From positions 1-54,289 of the IMG/VR virus record IMGVR_UViG_3300027917_000056: a DNA stretch of 54,289 bases; one strand, given 5' to 3'. The notes below the pieces were generated by a model. It did not search any database, was not told the origin of the DNA, and worked only from the letters and a program-made list of their open reading frames with translations. The position numbers and the translations under genes were made by a program. Shown piece by piece: positions 1-9,640 of this stretch (its first letter is position 1; each line of letters starts with the position of its first letter). Source of the stretch: a virus (taxonomy: Duplodnaviria; Caudoviricetes).

Positions 1-85
1 TAGTCTGTTTTCGTTTCTCTCTCTTCTGGTGTTTTAGCAAAATCTTTCGAAACTCATAGTCGTATGGAGAGACTTGTCTGTTCAT
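1..85 (-). CDS. hypothetical protein, N-terminal part (runs off the left edge)
   Basis: ATG at 85 preceded by GGAGGT; reads MNRQVSPYDYEFRKILLKHQKREKRKQT with no stop before the window edge. Confidence 0.5.
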   Translation of the reverse strand, partial: MNRQVSPYDYEFRKILLKHQKREKRKQT

Positions 86-264
86 GACTTTACCTCCTGC
101 TTGCAATACTTACATTTTTTGTGAAGATTAAGTCGTATCTAAGAAGCAAATCTTCCAATGCAGTGAATTAAATTATTAGCCTAGTTTCCCTTTCTTTTTC
201 CCCAGCATAGTTTTTTTCCTCCTCTTTCTGTCTCTGCCGTTCTCTCTCTTGGTGCTTCATGGAT

Positions 265-1242
265 TTATATCCCCTCCGATTTTCCGCAATACTTTGATTG
301 GAATTCCTGTGTTTTCCTCCAAGTTCCCCTTGCTATCTTCGCCGCTCTTTTCTGTCGGCAATAATAACTACAAACAACAATCATGTTTTTCTGTGTTCTC
401 CGGAGCTGATATTTATCGCCACGAAACAGAGAACCACAGACCCCACAGGTAAACACATATTGTTTTTTTGAGTTTCTTTCGCTGTAATACAGATCTCTAC
501 AGGCAACGGAGCAATATTTTGTCTTTCCATACACGACGAATTGCTGAAATACCTTGCCGCATTGATCACACGTTCTCGTGGGAGGCTCGGATTCCAACAT
601 CTTCAAAGCCCTTGCCTTTTGTCTATGTTCTTTGCCTTCTAAAGATTGGTATTGAGGCATATTGGGTATTTCTTTTCCATCTGAGGGAGGTCTTCCCGGA
701 CCTGGTGTTAAGGTGTCTTCTGTCCAAGGCCTCAGAATAGAGGAAAGAGTTTCCTGAAGAGGCAAGGAGATGATGCCGCTCTTTAGATTGAATCCGGCTA
801 ACTTTTTAAATTCTCTTGCCGAGATTCCGTGCGTCATGTTCATGTGATAACTTAGATTGTGACCACGCCAAGGACAATCCTTGACGAGACAAGGGAGTTC
901 TTCTTGGGTTAGGAATTCATCGTAGTTTTGCGGTAATGCAAGTTCTTGAGGAGAAGCTATCCATCTATCGAATCGTTTTGACATATATTTTCTGTAACAT
1001 CTCCTGCTGCAATATTTCCTTGCCCTGGTTCTGCCGATAGGTTTTTCACACTCTTTGCATCTCTTTTTCTCTCCAAGAGAAAATCCTCTTTTCTTGAGAG
1101 AAGCCTTGAGTCCTTTTTCACACTGCTTCTTAAATGCCGGTGATTTTATATAGCAATCGTACGAGCAATATGTTTTTTTGTGCTTTGACTTGAAATGATT
1201 ACCGCAATTTGGGCACGGTCCATGTATAGCCATTTTGCTCAA
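265..1242 (-). CDS. multi-zinc-finger protein with a central Ros/MucR-like segment
   Basis: Four CxxC...(Y/V)CSxxC units; central CLVKDC...HNLSYHMNMTHGISAREFKKLAG resembles the Ros/MucR finger. Confidence 0.6.
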   Translation of the reverse strand: MSKMAIHGPCPNCGNHFKSKHKKTYCSYDCYIKSPAFKKQCEKGLKASLKKRGFSLGEKKRCKECEKPIGRTRARKYCSRRCYRKYMSKRFDRWIASPQELALPQNYDEFLTQEELPCLVKDCPWRGHNLSYHMNMTHGISAREFKKLAGFNLKSGIISLPLQETLSSILRPWTEDTLTPGPGRPPSDGKEIPNMPQYQSLEGKEHRQKARALKMLESEPPTRTCDQCGKVFQQFVVYGKTKYCSVACRDLYYSERNSKKQYVFTCGVCGSLFRGDKYQLRRTQKNMIVVCSYYCRQKRAAKIARGTWRKTQEFQSKYCGKSEGI

Positions 1243-1265
1243 TCCTTTCTAAATGAACCCATCAA

Positions 1266-1697
1266 TTATGTTCCTCTTTGTTTTTCATACTGATGCCCTT
1301 GAACGCTTTTCTTTTCTCCTGTCGAATATTGATAGTGACTATTGGCAAGATGTATTCTCCAGATGTCAAAAAACATCCATGCGTCCATTACTACTACTGT
1401 ATCCATACGGTTTTTCTTAACAAACAGGAGCCACCCTCTCATATCATTTTCCAGATTAGCCTCTGCTCGGCGGATCCAAGCAGGAATGTCCCAAGTCTCT
1501 TGCCATTTGCACTCTGATGAGAACGGGAAGACCTGACGAACACTTCCTACAAGCCTTATATCTGTCCCAGATTGACCCATCTCCCGGGAGGCGATACATT
1601 CGTCTTTGCCCCAAGGGTGCCCGGTCGCCCAGGAAATCATATGGCAAACCCATTGCTGGAGTCTTCTGCCCTTTGCCTTTGCGCTACTGGCCTTCAT
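1266..1697 (-). CDS. PD-(D/E)xK Holliday junction resolvase-like endonuclease
   Basis: AKAKGRRLQQWV, MGQSGTDI and SECKWQE motifs typical of phage Hjc-like resolvases. Confidence 0.75.
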   Translation of the reverse strand: MKASSAKAKGRRLQQWVCHMISWATGHPWGKDECIASREMGQSGTDIRLVGSVRQVFPFSSECKWQETWDIPAWIRRAEANLENDMRGWLLFVKKNRMDTVVVMDAWMFFDIWRIHLANSHYQYSTGEKKSVQGHQYEKQRGT

Positions 1698-1704
1698 TGT
1701 TATC

Positions 1705-1953
1705 TCATGCCTTATATCGTTTGATGAATGTCATCGTTTCAAACGGATCATTGTTAATTGCCCATGCCAATATCTGCAATACGATTTTGAGAATTTCATT
1801 TATCTGTGCAATATTAACTGATTGCTTTCCTCCTTCGAGTTCCGCTATTTTTAGAGCTAAGATTTTAAAGGTCAGTTTTTCTCCTTGTAAGTGGAAGTTT
1901 GCAGGATTCGAGACATTTCTAATCATCATTTTTAGCTCCTCGTTTTTTTTCAA
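1705..1953 (-). CDS. hypothetical protein
   Basis: ORF packed in the operon, overlapping the upstream stop. Confidence 0.55.
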   Translation of the reverse strand: MKKNEELKMMIRNVSNPANFHLQGEKLTFKILALKIAELEGGKQSVNIAQINEILKIVLQILAWAINNDPFETMTFIKRYKA

Positions 1954-2585
1954 AAAGGAATGTCATCATCGTTCTCATCTTTATCCATCGTAGGCAGGCT
2001 GTGCTCTATATGTGAAAAACCATCGGCCTTTGTTCTTTTTGGCCGTGGATAGCTCTTTGTGCGTGGAACGCTTATATCTTCTTCATCCATGAGTTCATGT
2101 TTCTTTGTTACTATTATCCAACCCCTATTTTCTATTTCTTCTTGTTTATATCTTGGCCATGTGGGATTCCTATATTGTGCATTGTTACAATGCCCACATC
2201 TGACAATCGTTAATCGATAGTTATGTTCTTGGTTTATGTATATCTGTTTTTTTAGTTCTTTTTTCACCAATATTAAACCAGGAGTATGAGATTCACAGCA
2301 TGGACAGTATTCCCACTTGATAATCTCTTGTCTGTGCGGATGTGATTTTAGCCATCCTTGAAAATCGTCCAATAGCGTTTGAATGGTGGGGAAATGTCCT
2401 GGCGTGGGTGCATATTGTTTGATTCTTGTTTTACAAATCATCTCGAAAGCATCCGAAGGTACCTGTTTCAATTCCTCCCAATAGAACCGAGGCTCTTTTA
2501 ATCGTTTTCCAAAATGCTCTTCCATCATAGTCATGCAAGTATTGAAAGTTTTATTATCCATTGTCTTTTTGAATACCTTCCTCAC
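1950..2585 (-). CDS. replication-associated protein (position of helicase loader/partner of O), CxxC motifs, acidic DDDIPF tail
   Basis: Directly downstream of the initiator; FPTI motif; SSB-like C-terminal DDIPF. Confidence 0.5.
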   Translation of the reverse strand: MRKVFKKTMDNKTFNTCMTMMEEHFGKRLKEPRFYWEELKQVPSDAFEMICKTRIKQYAPTPGHFPTIQTLLDDFQGWLKSHPHRQEIIKWEYCPCCESHTPGLILVKKELKKQIYINQEHNYRLTIVRCGHCNNAQYRNPTWPRYKQEEIENRGWIIVTKKHELMDEEDISVPRTKSYPRPKRTKADGFSHIEHSLPTMDKDENDDDIPF

Positions 2586-3328
2586 ATAAACTCGTCTTTG
2601 TCGTCACTGGAGAGGCTGCTCAGGTAATGATCTTTCGATTCTGATTCCTCTTCATCCAGAAATGCGTATCGATTATCGTGCATGGCTAGATCTTCCCAGT
2701 CTTCATCTTCCCATCTCCTGTCATTCAAATACGTGGCAGGATGAGGAACAAATTGCCTCTCCTTGATCCTCCATCTGGGGAGGTCTTTCTGGATAGCCTC
2801 GATGACCTCATCAGATGGGTCCAGTTTGTACCAGGCTTTCATGGCCCGGTCTTTTGCTACCTTTCTAGGGTACAGTGGCCAGAACCTTTCTCTGAATTTG
2901 ACCAATAGTATTTCTTTCTTCTTTTTGCTTTCCTTTCTATTGTGGGTGCCTGTATAGATGACAGTGGTAGTGCCTATACAGGCACTACCTTTTGGGGGTG
3001 TCCCCTGAATAGGTGACAGTCTCCATTTAGAATAATCCTTTTGAAATTCGTAAGTTAGGGCTTTTCTGTCACCTGTACGGGTGACAACTATCACCTGACG
3101 AGATGACAGAAGCCTCAAAGTGCGGTGTATATGACGGCGATCTATGCCCGTTGCTTTACTGAATTGTGATAGGGAAATGGCATCAGATTTCTTCTGCCAG
3201 CCATAAGTTTGACGAAACAGAAACCAGAGAATACGACTTTCATATGCGGAGAGATTTATCTGACAGAGAGCCTCTGCAATTTCAATGGCTATCGGTATAT
3301 AGCCGTTTTCGAGTTGTGGACTGGTCAC
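2582..3328 (-). CDS. lambda O-like replication initiator (GTG start at 3328 preferred; ORF extends to 3472)
   Basis: SPQLENGY...RQTYGWQKKSDAISLSQF (Phage_rep_O N-terminus); C-terminal FWPLYPRKV...PHPATYLN; GGAGGA before the GTG. Confidence 0.85.
   Translation of the reverse strand: MTSPQLENGYIPIAIEIAEALCQINLSAYESRILWFLFRQTYGWQKKSDAISLSQFSKATGIDRRHIHRTLRLLSSRQVIVVTRTGDRKALTYEFQKDYSKWRLSPIQGTPPKGSACIGTTTVIYTGTHNRKESKKKKEILLVKFRERFWPLYPRKVAKDRAMKAWYKLDPSDEVIEAIQKDLPRWRIKERQFVPHPATYLNDRRWEDEDWEDLAMHDNRYAFLDEEESESKDHYLSSLSSDDKDEFM
2909..3108. repeat. probable replication origin: five ~20 bp imperfect palindromic iterons plus an adjacent A/T-rich tract inside the O gene
   Basis: Copies at 2945-2963, 2966-2989, 2999-3018, 3067-3086 and 3089-3108 (consensus approx. 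TGTCACCTGTAYAGGTGACA); pyrimidine/AT tract at 2909-2940. Confidence 0.7.
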
Positions 3329-3517
3329 ATCCTCCCCCAAAGTTAAATTACAAATTTCGGCAGTTCCGAGAACCAAATTCCCAAAATCGAATGACGGCCA
3401 CACCTCATCGGATGCTTGAAGCCCAAGCTGATTAAATCCGGCAGTAATTATAGTTAATCCTTGAATTTCCATAGCTTTTTTAGCTAGAACATACTCCTCC
3501 CTACTCTATTTAGAGGG

Positions 3518-3859
3518 CTAATCGCTTGCCTTTTTGAGTTCCAGTTCCTCAACGGCATTTTTGCTGGCATCACTTGTAGTTTTCTCAAATTGCTTGTCCC
3601 AATACTCAATATCTGTGACATCCTTCGAGGCATATGCTTGTCCATACTCCAATAGTTTCAAAATATGCTCTATGACGGCATATATATCGATATTGCCCCA
3701 GTTTTTTCTTAAGTGCATGGTATCTTTGTATTTTTGCAGTAATTCTTTTTGAGTGTATTGCCTGTATTTTTGAGGTCTCCAAAATCCCAGATAAGATAAG
3801 TAATGCAGTTCCATGTTCGTAGCGTTTTTCATGTGTCTATCCATTTCGATAAATTTCAT
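3518..3859 (-). CDS. hypothetical protein
   Basis: ORF in operon with a plausible RBS. Confidence 0.6.
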   Translation of the reverse strand: MKFIEMDRHMKNATNMELHYLSYLGFWRPQKYRQYTQKELLQKYKDTMHLRKNWGNIDIYAVIEHILKLLEYGQAYASKDVTDIEYWDKQFEKTTSDASKNAVEELELKKASD

Positions 3860-3871
3860 CCGACACCCTTC

Positions 3872-4186
3872 TCATTCATCTTTTTCATAGATAATATCCA
3901 TACCCATATGCAGTGCAGCTCTGTGTTCAGCCTTTGCTCCCTCGGAGGATTCCCAACCTGGAATCATCACGATAAGATCGCATCGTTTAAGTATTTCCAT
4001 GTCCCCATCAAGCCATACTTGCTCTGGGGCCAGGCCTCCGAAAAGAGCAGTGTTCTTGTGTGGACAGATCACGGCAAATCCGTCTAGCCAATACTTGATG
4101 GCGTATTTCTCCGCATGACGAATATTGGCCACTACTGCACTCTCACTCTGACCCCTATACGGTCCACTAATAAATGCGAGCTTCAT
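3872..4186 (-). CDS. DUF4406/DUF1937-like (nucleoside deoxyribosyltransferase-like fold) protein
   Basis: FISGPY...CPHKN...RCD...PGWESSEGAKAE pattern. Confidence 0.75.
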   Translation of the reverse strand: MKLAFISGPYRGQSESAVVANIRHAEKYAIKYWLDGFAVICPHKNTALFGGLAPEQVWLDGDMEILKRCDLIVMIPGWESSEGAKAEHRAALHMGMDIIYEKDE

Positions 4187-4200
4187 ATATTTTTTTGAAG

Positions 4201-5154
4201 TTACATTTGATAGATTTTAGGGAGCCAGTATTCCTGTATGTAAGCCTCTTTTGCTGGTACATTTTTTTGCACCCATTTTCCTGTAATCACCCACCTACCC
4301 ACTACCATCTCCTTGCCCTTGATAAAGGTTTTGAGTTCCTTGTCTAAGTGATCGTATTCCTTTTTGGTTTCCAAAAGCGTAGCCCTGCGGTCCAGGAGTT
4401 CCTCTAACTCTGCATCCACAACGACCTTGCCCTCGTATTCATATGGCGGGCAGCAGATATGTTCGAAATCACAATGCTTGCAAAGCTCCTGATTTTCGGT
4501 AAAGTCTGGTAACGTATCCTCTTTCACATGCTGATTGATTATCACGGCTTTCTGTAATAGTGACTCAACATAATCCAGGTGGTCCGAAAGTTTGACCCAG
4601 ATCACCTTGGGTTGCCAGTTTTGTTTAGAAACCAACAAAAAGCAGCCGATTTCCGAATTAGTGCCATACATATAGATCAGCAGTTGAGCAGGATAACGCC
4701 GGACATAATGATAGCGGTGTGTAAACATATCCTCGATTGTGTTTATGTCGCTCCATGTCCATCCACTAAGGCCCTTAACTTCACAGGGAAAAGCCTTGCC
4801 GTTATAGCCGATCTTCATATCGAGATGCCCAGTAATGTTTTCGCCTTTTTCGTTGATTTGAAAGGCCCGCTGTTGTTCCAATACCTGATACCCAGCCTCT
4901 CTAAGCATCTGCTCCGCATAAGCCTCAGTCACCTGGCCTCCGTCAAACACGAATTGCAAGCCGAGGTCCGGTAATTTACGGTCTTTCCATCTTGTACGGT
5001 GATATACCAATTCCCGAACGCACTCAGCACCGATCTGCGATGCCCGGTTCGTGTGACATGGAAAAACCTTTCTCTTGGCTTCCTTTGCCGTAGCAATAGC
5101 TCCAACCACATCCGGCAGAAGGACGGTATCTTCTAATATTTGCTGTGAACTCAT
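4201..5154 (-). CDS. Cas4-like PD-(D/E)xK exonuclease with a 4-Cys cluster
   Basis: ASQIGAEC, GHLD, EVKG, YPAQLLIY and CKHCDFEHIC motifs. Confidence 0.75.
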   Translation of the reverse strand: MSSQQILEDTVLLPDVVGAIATAKEAKRKVFPCHTNRASQIGAECVRELVYHRTRWKDRKLPDLGLQFVFDGGQVTEAYAEQMLREAGYQVLEQQRAFQINEKGENITGHLDMKIGYNGKAFPCEVKGLSGWTWSDINTIEDMFTHRYHYVRRYPAQLLIYMYGTNSEIGCFLLVSKQNWQPKVIWVKLSDHLDYVESLLQKAVIINQHVKEDTLPDFTENQELCKHCDFEHICCPPYEYEGKVVVDAELEELLDRRATLLETKKEYDHLDKELKTFIKGKEMVVGRWVITGKWVQKNVPAKEAYIQEYWLPKIYQM

Positions 5155-6017
5155 ACCAAGTCCTCCTGTTCGTTCGTATCGGGTTTTTCTGTATTGTCGT
5201 CATCTTCTGTCTTTTGAGCCGCTCTCCATTTGTCAAACTGTTTTTTTACTTTCCCGTGTGTGATTTGAGCTTGTTTCTCGGACAGGTCCTTTACAGACCT
5301 CTTGCCACGTACCTGCTTTCCATCTCGACCCTTGAACGTGGTGACTGCCTGTAAATAGTTCTGAGCCTCCTCCACGTTGTCATGACACATCTCCAGGATC
5401 ATGTTGCCGAGATCCCGCCGATAATTGTCAGCCTCTTCTGGATTTTCGTCTTGTTTTCTCGTACTGCCATATTCAACTTTCTGGGTCTCCCCTTCCTGGA
5501 GTCCTGCAATCCGGTCGAGCTCTTCCCAGGTCATACTCTTCAAAGCCAGAAGTCCCTTGATGGCGTTCCCTATCCCATTAGTGCCGCATTTCTTGATGAT
5601 ATTAGGCTCATCAATGTCGCTCGTAGGCAGAGTTTCACCATGCCTTCTGGCGAAGAACTTGTCCCTAGAGGAGCATGTTCCAATGGCTTCCGAATAACCT
5701 TTCATTTCATCGGTCCAGGAAGCCGCCGCCACACAAATATAGATGTAATACGGACCTATATCATCACTTTCCCAGTGTTTCTTGGGTATTTGCTTAAACT
5801 CAGTGCGGATCGGCAATAGTTGTGTGATAGCGTCAGCCCCCGACTTAGTGAGGTAGGGTTGTCCACCCATGTTGATCCACCCGCCAGACCTGCGAGTCAT
5901 TCTGATTGCAGCTTCAATGGCCGTGCGTCTATAACCCATACCTTCGAGGATGGAGATTGGTCGTTCGGCAGGGATGGTTTCTTCTGCTTTTATTAGGGCT
6001 CCGTTTTGCTCTTCCAT
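5151..6017 (-). CDS. putative single-strand annealing/recombination protein
   Basis: PYLTKSGA...GTCSS...IIKK pattern; immediately upstream of the exonuclease, as in Red-like pairs. Confidence 0.45.
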   Translation of the reverse strand: MEEQNGALIKAEETIPAERPISILEGMGYRRTAIEAAIRMTRRSGGWINMGGQPYLTKSGADAITQLLPIRTEFKQIPKKHWESDDIGPYYIYICVAAASWTDEMKGYSEAIGTCSSRDKFFARRHGETLPTSDIDEPNIIKKCGTNGIGNAIKGLLALKSMTWEELDRIAGLQEGETQKVEYGSTRKQDENPEEADNYRRDLGNMILEMCHDNVEEAQNYLQAVTTFKGRDGKQVRGKRSVKDLSEKQAQITHGKVKKQFDKWRAAQKTEDDDNTEKPDTNEQEDLV

Positions 6018-6050
6018 AAAATTCTCCTTGATACTTGTAAGAAATGAAGA

Positions 6051-6353
6051 TTACTTTGTATGTATAGGTTTCATAGTGATAATTGTCTGTCTCTGATGCT
6101 CGTAATTGCATATCGAACATCGTATGCCGTCGTCATCTACCCATCGTAAATGAACCGGCAGAATTCTACCGCAATCAATACAAGCAACCATCGCATCTAT
6201 GGCCCTGCAATTTGTGCAGATGGCATCTGTTGTAGTGTTCACAGGCTGTTCTCCCTCTTTCCAATCTCTGGACTTGCCGCATAACGGGCAAATGATGATG
6301 ACTCTTTCCTCAGCATTTTCTCGTAAAAATACAAATTTAGAACTCATGATCAT
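6051..6353 (-). CDS. small Cys-rich (four CxxC) protein
   Basis: CPLC, CTNC, CIDC and CSIC motifs; GGAGG RBS. Confidence 0.6.
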   Translation of the reverse strand: MIMSSKFVFLRENAEERVIIICPLCGKSRDWKEGEQPVNTTTDAICTNCRAIDAMVACIDCGRILPVHLRWVDDDGIRCSICNYEHQRQTIITMKPIHTK

Positions 6354-6366
6354 ATCCTCCTCTCTT

Positions 6367-6678
6367 TTAAAATAATCGTTCTTGCATTGGCTTGCTCTTT
6401 TGTTGATACACCCAGGTGTGTACCCGCTTGCCGTATGGACTTATCTTTTGCTTGAGATGACTTTTCACAATTAAATCCTGAGCCGTGAGATTAGCCAAGC
6501 ATCGGTGCATGGATTGATGCAATAGTCCAAGAGCAGCCTCTAGCTCATAAGCGGTGTAGTGTTGTCCTGGTCGTGCTTTGAGATAATCTAGCACTATCCT
6601 CTCTTGTTTTTTGTTTTTCTGGTCTGCTACCAACAGCTCGCTATCGGACTCAAGGCCGGTGGGGTAGTAATGCTTCAT
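6367..6678 (-). CDS. winged-helix DNA-binding protein
   Basis: YTAYELEAALGLLHQSMHRCLANL...GKRVHTW pattern. Confidence 0.6.
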   Translation of the reverse strand: MKHYYPTGLESDSELLVADQKNKKQERIVLDYLKARPGQHYTAYELEAALGLLHQSMHRCLANLTAQDLIVKSHLKQKISPYGKRVHTWVYQQKSKPMQERLF

Positions 6679-6705
6679 GTTTGTATCACCGTTTTGTATT
6701 CATCA

Positions 6706-7665
6706 TCAAAACAAACTATCCTTCTGGCTATCGATATGTTTATGTACCTGTTGCATATTTCTTACTGCTTGATTAAAATAAGATTCTTTTAATTCTATTC
6801 CTATGGCTTTTCGACCATTCAAAACGGCACCATATGTTTCGCTTCCTACTCCCATAAATGGGCTCAAAATAGTTTCTTGTGGATTGCTCCAAAGAATACA
6901 CGCTCGCTCGATTACATCTAATTGTAAAGGATGTACGTGCTTTTCATCGGCTGGATCTTTGCTTGCCTTGTATGGCAATACTCTTTCTATACGAACATCA
7001 TCCCAGAATGCACTTGCATATTGTCTCCAAATCCAATGTGAGTATTTATTTTGAGTTTGTTTGCCATCATAATTCTTGAACTCAAGTAGGTCAGAAGGGA
7101 TTGACCGTTCACCTGCATAATGTATAAGCCCTTTAGGATGAACTACTGGAACAGCATTTGTCCCGGGCTTACGCAACATGATAAGATAATCAGCAGAAGC
7201 CACATCACATAGAGTTGAATCTTCAACAAGCTGCCAATGTGAAAGACCCTTTGCCATTGTGCGGCGTCTTACTCCTAACGGTTCTTTCCATACATGATAA
7301 CGAGCTGTATATGAAAATCCGATTTTTTCATGTAATCGTATTATGTCTCCTGGAAAATCTATCAATCCGCCACCAGCCCTAGCTCCAGTACGTGGTATAT
7401 CAATACAATGAACTGCTGTGATGCGCCCAGGCTTTGTAAGTCTGAATATCTCCTGAACAATAAATTCATAATGTTCGAAGAACTCCTCATAACTGCGACA
7501 ATTACTTAAATCTCTTTCGCTACTAGAATATGTATAAAGTCCTACAAAAGGTGGAGAATAAAGACTCATATCTATACTTTCGTTAGGAAATCCAGGAAGT
7601 ATTTCACAGGCATCTCCATTGTATAGTGCATAGTGGTCAGTAATAATCTGAGTCTTTACAGCCAT
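6706..7665 (-). CDS. N4-C/N6-A DNA methyltransferase (beta-type motif order)
   Basis: Catalytic SPPF near the N-terminus; HVHPLQ; SPFMGVGS SAM motif; GIELK. Confidence 0.9.
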   Translation of the reverse strand: MAVKTQIITDHYALYNGDACEILPGFPNESIDMSLYSPPFVGLYTYSSSERDLSNCRSYEEFFEHYEFIVQEIFRLTKPGRITAVHCIDIPRTGARAGGGLIDFPGDIIRLHEKIGFSYTARYHVWKEPLGVRRRTMAKGLSHWQLVEDSTLCDVASADYLIMLRKPGTNAVPVVHPKGLIHYAGERSIPSDLLEFKNYDGKQTQNKYSHWIWRQYASAFWDDVRIERVLPYKASKDPADEKHVHPLQLDVIERACILWSNPQETILSPFMGVGSETYGAVLNGRKAIGIELKESYFNQAVRNMQQVHKHIDSQKDSLF

Positions 7666-9029
7666 ATAGGCAACCTCACTGTCCTTGTATATTCATTTTT
7701 ACTATCTATTCTCATTCCTTCCATCATTAGCTTAACTAAATATTGAAACATTTTATCTGCGGCCTCTGCTTTGCGTTTGAGATTAGTAATAACCTTGCGC
7801 TGGCCTTCCGTACTAATGAGATCAACGACGACATCCTTCTTCTGTCCGAAACGCCAACATCGGCGCACAGATTGATAATATTGCTCATAGCTATGAGAAG
7901 GGAAAAATGTTTGATGACTACAGTGTTGCAAATTCAATCCGAAACCAGCTATTGTTGGTTTACTTATAAGTACACGTATATCCTTGCGAAGAAATGCCAG
8001 GAAAACGTCCTCTTTATATTCATTGGAATCTTTGCCTTCTACTTCAACACCTCCTGGTATCAACCGCTCTAAAAGATGACCTTCATCATTGAGATGACAC
8101 CATGCTATGGCGGGTGCATCATGTTTCATAATTAACTCAGCTGCTAATTCGCACCGTTCATTTAAAGTCTGCCTAAGTTCCCTTCGTTGGTCATGTAGAT
8201 TTATGGCAGGCAAATGAAAAAGCATATCTTCAGGAATATGGTTGTTGGAGACGAGGTGTTGTTTGATTAATAATGGAGGTAATTTAAATTGATTATCACA
8301 AAAGCCGAGATCGGAGGGTTTTCGTAAAGCCCTTGCCCAAGAACATACCCAATGCCAGAAATGTTTTTTTGCGTGTCCTCTAAATCTATATATCCCTGCT
8401 CTATGTTCATCTTTCCTAGATAATGTTTTTTCGGTTTTTTTAAAGAACATTGAAAGCATATCGGCAAAGCCCATTTCTCCAAGAGCTTCGCTAGATGTGC
8501 CAAGTTCGATATAATCATTTGGGGCTGCTGTTGCAGTACATAAAAGTCTATAAGGCATTTTCTGCATAAATGTAGTTATGGCTTTTCGAGTCTGTCCATC
8601 ATAATTTTTTAATATAGAACTCTCATCACAAATCACACCATTGAAATCATTACGATCAAAATAATGCAGGCGTTCATAATTGGTAATAACCAAATGATCT
8701 TGTGAAGATATTCCTTTTCGTCTTATAACAGCTTCAATACCAAGTTTTTCAGCTTCTTGTAGCGTTTGAAATGATACTGCAAGCGGAGTTAATATGATGA
8801 TTCTTTTGTTTGTTTTTCTGATAATCTGATCCGCCCATGCTAACTGCATAAATGTTTTGCCAAGACCACAATCAGCAAAAATAGCAGACCGACCTTTTTT
8901 TAATGCCCAAATAACCAGAGCTTTCTGAAAATCATATAAAATGTCTGGCAAACATGATTCTGAGACATCAAAGCCAGTATTGTTCGCTCTTTGTTGTTTT
9001 GTTTCTAAAAATATCTTGTATTTTCCCAT
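7656..9029 (-). CDS. SNF2-like superfamily 2 helicase/ATPase
   Basis: DCGLGKT (Walker A), DESS, TATAAPN, GFGLNLQ and QSVRRCWRFGQ motifs. Confidence 0.9.
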   Translation of the reverse strand: MGKYKIFLETKQQRANNTGFDVSESCLPDILYDFQKALVIWALKKGRSAIFADCGLGKTFMQLAWADQIIRKTNKRIIILTPLAVSFQTLQEAEKLGIEAVIRRKGISSQDHLVITNYERLHYFDRNDFNGVICDESSILKNYDGQTRKAITTFMQKMPYRLLCTATAAPNDYIELGTSSEALGEMGFADMLSMFFKKTEKTLSRKDEHRAGIYRFRGHAKKHFWHWVCSWARALRKPSDLGFCDNQFKLPPLLIKQHLVSNNHIPEDMLFHLPAINLHDQRRELRQTLNERCELAAELIMKHDAPAIAWCHLNDEGHLLERLIPGGVEVEGKDSNEYKEDVFLAFLRKDIRVLISKPTIAGFGLNLQHCSHQTFFPSHSYEQYYQSVRRCWRFGQKKDVVVDLISTEGQRKVITNLKRKAEAADKMFQYLVKLMMEGMRIDSKNEYTRTVRLPIWL

Positions 9030-9043
9030 TGCAGGCTCTATCC

Positions 9044-9292
9044 CTAGTCATATTGCAGACAGGCTTTTCGCATATCTGCTAACAAGTCTTCACCGTCCAC
9101 CATCAATCTTTCCATCTCTTCTACTAGCCGTTCCATTTCTGGCAGTTTGGCTATTCTGCTTGCCGAGTAAACACCCAAGGCACATAATCCCTTCAGTTTG
9201 GCAGGGTCATACATAGTGCAACGACCATTGCTGCGATACATACATTCAGACAAGCATTTTTCCTTGGGCCATTCCTTACGTTTGCGCTTCAT
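9044..9292 (-). CDS. hypothetical protein
   Basis: ORF in operon, ATGA-coupled. Confidence 0.55.
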   Translation of the reverse strand: MKRKRKEWPKEKCLSECMYRSNGRCTMYDPAKLKGLCALGVYSASRIAKLPEMERLVEEMERLMVDGEDLLADMRKACLQYD

Positions 9293-9483
9293 ATTGGACC
9301 ATCCGTCACAATCGATTCAGTCGCATTCTCCAGCTCTCCGATCAGCTCCTGCGCCTCTTCAACCGTCTCCACTGGGCAGAGCATTCCTCCACCGACGACA
9401 TAGAATCCATCTACCCTGCACTCAACTCGGACGGGACCGTCTAGATTGAACGAGATCCCATCATTGAACTTTAGCCATGCCAT
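9289..9483 (-). CDS. hypothetical protein
   Basis: AGGAGG RBS; coupled to the next gene. Confidence 0.6.
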   Translation of the reverse strand: MAWLKFNDGISFNLDGPVRVECRVDGFYVVGGGMLCPVETVEEAQELIGELENATESIVTDGPI

Positions 9484-9637
9484 TGGTTACAACCTCCTTT
9501 TGGTCAGTGTCCTGTTCCCATGCACCAATACAGGTTTCACATATGAGTTCTACTTCTCTTGTTCGATAATTAGGACCCTCTTCAATCGTCCAGCCCCAAA
9601 CTGATTTACAATAAGGACACCAGAACAGTATTTTCAT
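9461..9637 (-). CDS. 58-aa zinc-ribbon protein (not in the ORF track)
   Basis: MKILFWCPYCKSVWGW...LICETCIGAW...; fills the operon gap. Confidence 0.55.
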   Translation of the reverse strand: MKILFWCPYCKSVWGWTIEEGPNYRTREVELICETCIGAWEQDTDQKEVVTNGMAKVQ

Positions 9638-9640
9638 GAT

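Noticed and set aside
3352-3415. Hammerhead-like CGATGAG...CGAAA on the minus strand
   Set aside because: Core deviates from CUGAUGA and I could not find the required stems.
4201-5154. CRISPR-Cas system suggested by the Cas4-like gene
   Set aside because: No repeat-spacer array or other cas genes; solo Cas4-like nucleases are common in phage recombination modules.
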